Shown here piece by piece: positions 60,162 through 64,000 of a DNA stretch of 64,000 nucleotides (position 1 is its first letter; the number at the start of each line of letters is the position of its first letter). Under the pieces are notes generated by a model. It worked only from the letters and a program-made list of their open reading frames with translations, was not told the origin of the DNA and searched no databases. Both the position numbers and the translations under genes were made by a program. The stretch is from contig JAIVFI010000001.1 of the NCBI GenBank assembly GCA_025558095.1, positions 558,001 to 622,000 of the forward strand, read 5' to 3'. Source of the stretch: Hyaloraphidium curvatum SAG 235-1 (lineage: Eukaryota > Fungi > Monoblepharomycota).

Positions 60162-62611
60162 ATGTCGGGCTCGAAGATCTTCTACAAGTTCCGGAGCGAA
60201 AATTCCTATGCGACGCTTTCGTTCGACGGGCCGTCGATGTCAGTGTTCGATGTGAAGCGGGAGGTGGCCCTGGCCAAGAAGCTCAAAGGGGACTTCGACC
60301 TGGTCATCGCCAACGCTTCCAACAATCAAGGTCGGTTTCGGTGGTTGCTGCGGGGTCGAGAGCGGGGCGGAGCGTTCGTTTCGGGCCGGTTTATGTATCT
60401 GGATCTACGGCAGTGCCGGGATCCTGCTTTCGATGCATTACCAGTACCGTTCGTTCTCTTCCTTCTTCGGAGATCGCGAAATAGCTCTCCTGAATATGCT
60501 CCTCTGAAACTTGTTGTCGCTTTTGATCTTCTTTCTGGATTTCGGATCTCTAACGTTTTCTTCCCAACCCAGAGTACGCGGACGACCTCGACAACGTTCC
60601 CCGCAACTCCTCAATCCTCGTGTCCCGCAACCCTCCCGTGGCAAAAGGACGAGGAACCCTGCAGAAGTACCTGACAACATCCGGCCCGACAGTCAGGGGC
60701 GTGCGGCCGGGGGTGGCCCCAGCGCCCGCCACGGGATCGGCCTCGACCTCCTCGACCGCTCCTCTCAACTTTTCCGGCGGCAGCAACAGCTACGTCGCCC
60801 CCAAGGAGCCGCGCAGATCCGGGTTCGAGGAACCGCTGCCGGGTTTCGAGCGGCCCGAGGAGCCTCAGTCCGCGGGTTCGCCTGCACCGGCCGGAGATAC
60901 GACGCCAAAAGCCGCCGGAGGTGACGAAGAGGACGACGTGAGCGCTTTCCTGGCGAACGAGGCGCAGCAGTGGCAGAAGCAGTCGGCCGATCTGCAAAAG
61001 TTTGTGTATTCCGTTCGGTCTGAAACCGGCCTCGTTGCTCACCGTTCCGATCGCAGCCGTCGCTTCGTTCCATACACCCGCGGCCGCGGCGCATCGCAGG
61101 GCCCTTCCCGGGGCGGCCACGAAGCAGGCGCCACCGGCGGGCGCGGCGGCTCGCACGGCCGGCCCCCTGCCTTTGACCCGCTCCACAACAAGCCGCCCCC
61201 GGAAGGCTACGTGTGCTTCCGCTGCGGGCAAAAGGGACACTGGATATCCGAGTGCCCGACGATCGGCGACAAGGAGTTTGACAACCGCCCGCGGCTCAAG
61301 CGCACCACCGGGATCCCGAGGTCGTTTCTCAAGCCGGTCGACGAAGCGACGGCGGCGGCGGGTGGAGTGATGGTCTCTGCGGACGGGTCTCTCGTCGTGG
61401 CGACGGCGAACGAGTGCGTCGCTGCGTGCGTCTCATGTATCTTTCGTATTCTTACCGTTCCGTTCCCTTCCTTCACAGGCAAGCTTTCGAAAAGGCTGTC
61501 GCATCTCGCGCAAAAGGCATGGCCGTGGACCTCTCGGAGATCTGGGACGAGGCGCCCGTCCCCAAGGAGCTCGCCTGCCCGATCTGCAAGAAGCTCATCC
61601 GCGACGCTGTAGTGATCCCGTGCTGCGGCGTCAGCTTCTGCGACGACTGCATCCGGAACCACCTGACCGCGGACGAGACGCACGGGCAGTGCCCCAACTG
61701 CCTCGAGGACGGGATCAACGCGGACCGGCTGGTGCCCAACAAGCACCTGCGTGCAGCGGCGGAGAACCACCTGCGGGAGTACGCCATGCGGAAGGAGGAG
61801 GACCCGGACTCAGTCGCGCCGCGGGAAAAGACGCCCGAACGCACGGAGCGCGCGCCGACCCCGCAGCCGCCGCCTCAACCGGACCGCGAGCCCGCGCCCG
61901 CCAAGCGCGATCGCGCCTCCCCCGAGCCCGATCCGCAGCGCCAGCACGAGAACGGCGACGGCCCGTACCAGTACCCGCCCGAACCCCCCGGCCCGTACGG
62001 CCGCCCGCCCCCGGGCTGGCGGCCCTACCCCCCTCCCGGCCCGTGGCCCCGGCCGTACGACTACCCTCCCTACCCTCCGCGCGGATACCCTCCCCGCCCG
62101 TATCCGCCTCCCCCGGGATGGTACGGCCGCCCGCCGCCGCCGGGGTGGTACGGCCGGCCCCCGCCGCCGTACTATGGCCCTCCGCGGCCGTACAGGGACG
62201 ATTACTACGGTCCGCCGCCGATGGGCCCGCCGGGGCCGGGGTGGGGGCCGCCGCCGGAGGAGGGGTGGGGCGGAGAGGAAGGGTACTACCACCCGGCGGG
62301 ACAGGGCGGGCAGCAGGGTCAAGGACAAGGACAGCAGCAGCAGCAGGGTGCGCAGGGTGGGCAGGCGCAGGGCGACGGGCAGGTGGTGCCGTTCGAGAAC
62401 ACGCCGCTGAGGCCGCAGGATCCGGCGTGGACGCAGATCATCCCCGGATACTCGACGTGAGTTTCTGCGTTCGCAGAAAGAAGGTTTGCGCTGACGGTTT
62501 CGCTGCAGTTACGAAGAACGGCTGGCGCAGCGGCAGGCCAAGAAGCGGCAGAGGGAGCAGGCGCTGGACACGGGGTACGAGTTCACCAAGCACGCGAGGT
62601 ACTTGGAGTGA
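60162..62611 (+). CDS. MPE1: Mpe1/RBBP6 cleavage-polyadenylation factor (DWNN, Zn knuckle, RING/U-box)
   Basis: IFYKFRS DWNN; PPEGYVCFRCGQKGHWISECPT; KRTTGIPRSFL; CPICKKL..PCC..FCDDCI..CPNC. Confidence 0.93.
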
Positions 62612-62952
62612 TGGGGGAGAGCCAGGCGGGCAGCGGAGCTAGCATTGCGCGATGTACGGGCGCGATGCCAAATCGAAAAACATGGAACTCGAACATGTTT
62701 GGTGTAGCTCGCAATCTATAGATCCTACACAGTTGTCTCCATGGCCGCCACAATCCCCTCGTCTATCCCGCTCCCGTGAGGCATGGGACAAGTCCATCGA
62801 TAGAGCCGTCCTGCAAACCGTGTCCTCCACAACCGAGATCTTCCAACCGTGACTCAGATAGCATCCAATCCAACGTTCTCGTCTATCTAGCCATCTACCT
62901 GGAGCGGCCCGATCAGCTCGTGCCCCCCCGCCAAGCCGCCAAACTCACTCAT

Positions 62953-64000
62953 CTACTTGCGCGGCCCGAAGTTGAGGATCTGCTGCTTGAGCCCGCCGCC
63001 CTTGGGTTTCTGCGCGTTCTCGCTTCCGATCGAGTTGCGCGGGCGCTTGCGCGGCGGCGATGTGGCGGGAGCGGCGGTGGTGGGGGCGGGGGAAGGGGTG
63101 GTGGGGGCGGGGGTGGCGGCGACGGCCGCGCAGGAGGGCGCGGGCTTCGGCGGCGCAGAGGTGGGAAGGGCGGGGGGCGCGATCGCAGGACCGGCGGGGC
63201 CGCCGGAGGAGGCGGCGTTGATGGGCGCGTTCTCGGCGTCCTCAGCGTCCTCGTTCTCGAAGAAGTCCGCGAGATCTTCCTCCTCGTCCGAAACCTCGAT
63301 CGTAGCGGCGCTGCGGCCGGACCTGCGCCTTTCCTGCTCGGCGACGATCAGTTGGGCGAACCTGCGCTTGAGCCCGCGGCCGACTGTGTTCTTGTAGATC
63401 TTTCGCAGCTCCACGAGCACCTCGTCGTCGACCTTTCGGAGAATCTCGTAGATCTTGCTTGTCGCCCCAGTGAGCGTGTCTCGGTCGACGGCGTCCCGCA
63501 GCCCGTGCTTGGCCATGATTTCGCGAACCTTGACGAGCTGCTCCGACGTCGGCCGCTTGGCGGGGACCAATCCGAAAGTCACTTCGTACGGGAAGCCGGG
63601 CAGCGGGCAACTCGGGCCCCCCGGGGTCGAATCCCCGAAAAGGCGCCTGGCCTTTGCGACCGGTCCCTCCTGCGCGCGGAAGTGCTGTTGGGCTGCGGCC
63701 TCGAGCGTTGCGGCGCGCGGCCCGTAGTCGGTTTCGGCCACCACGAGGACGATCGCGTGGTCGCGCATGGCCTTGATCTGGGAGAAGTCGGGGCGTGCCT
63801 TGATGTAGTCGCGCGAAAGGAGGGACCTGTGCTCCGCGGCGGACCGGTGAGCGGCAGTCAGCTGGATCGACGCCCATCCATCATCTCCGAGAACGCGTGC
63901 AATCTCCATTGCGGCGTCGATCTTCTCGTTCAGCGCAGCGAGCTCCTCGGAGTAGGGCTTCTTGCGCACGTCCCAGTCCTTGGCGGCGAGCATCCGGACC
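62953..64000 (-). CDS. 5'-partial hypothetical protein
   Basis: Open frame of more than 346 aa to the window edge; acidic patch, P/A/T linker, NLS-like PRKRPR. Confidence 0.65.
   Translation of the reverse strand, partial: VRMLAAKDWDVRKKPYSEELAALNEKIDAAMEIARVLGDDGWASIQLTAAHRSAAEHRSLLSRDYIKARPDFSQIKAMRDHAIVLVVAETDYGPRAATLEAAAQQHFRAQEGPVAKARRLFGDSTPGGPSCPLPGFPYEVTFGLVPAKRPTSEQLVKVREIMAKHGLRDAVDRDTLTGATSKIYEILRKVDDEVLVELRKIYKNTVGRGLKRRFAQLIVAEQERRRSGRSAATIEVSDEEEDLADFFENEDAEDAENAPINAASSGGPAGPAIAPPALPTSAPPKPAPSCAAVAATPAPTTPSPAPTTAAPATSPPRKRPRNSIGSENAQKPKGGGLKQQILNFGPRK

Overview
Gene-dense, GC-rich eukaryotic DNA with many short (~50-65 nt) spliceosomal introns (donors mostly GTGGG/GTGCG/GTGAG/GTCGG, CTGAC branch points). 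Gene content (Zn2Cys6 factor, cytochrome b5-acyl-CoA dehydrogenase, NPR/HAL-type kinase) plus retained p31comet points to an early-diverging fungus; a chytrid/monoblepharid such as Hyaloraphidium is my inference. I assembled about 30 protein genes by hand, including calcineurin A, mitochondrial Hsp70, Mpe1, Atp23, CRY-DASH, PP2C, GH36, permeases and hydrolases. Most notable: (1) a stand-alone kexin/furin-type propeptide ending in KR-DEL, an ER-retrieval signal; (2) a fusion of an alphaproteobacterial-type CoA-binding protein with O-acetylhomoserine sulfhydrylase; (3) an intronless bacterial-type SnoaL gene preceded by a perfect Shine-Dalgarno sequence; (4) an snR66-like C/D snoRNA with co-varied boxes in an Hsp70 intron; (5) a head-to-head pair of distantly paralogous hydrophobic-hairpin proteins; (6) three adjacent genes with PTS1-like ends, including a serine-less pseudo-hydrolase; (7) a calcineurin carrying its own PxIxIT-like motifs; (8) a putative transcription factor with a prokaryote-like helical DNA-binding domain. 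Family assignments come from motif recognition only; no searches were run.
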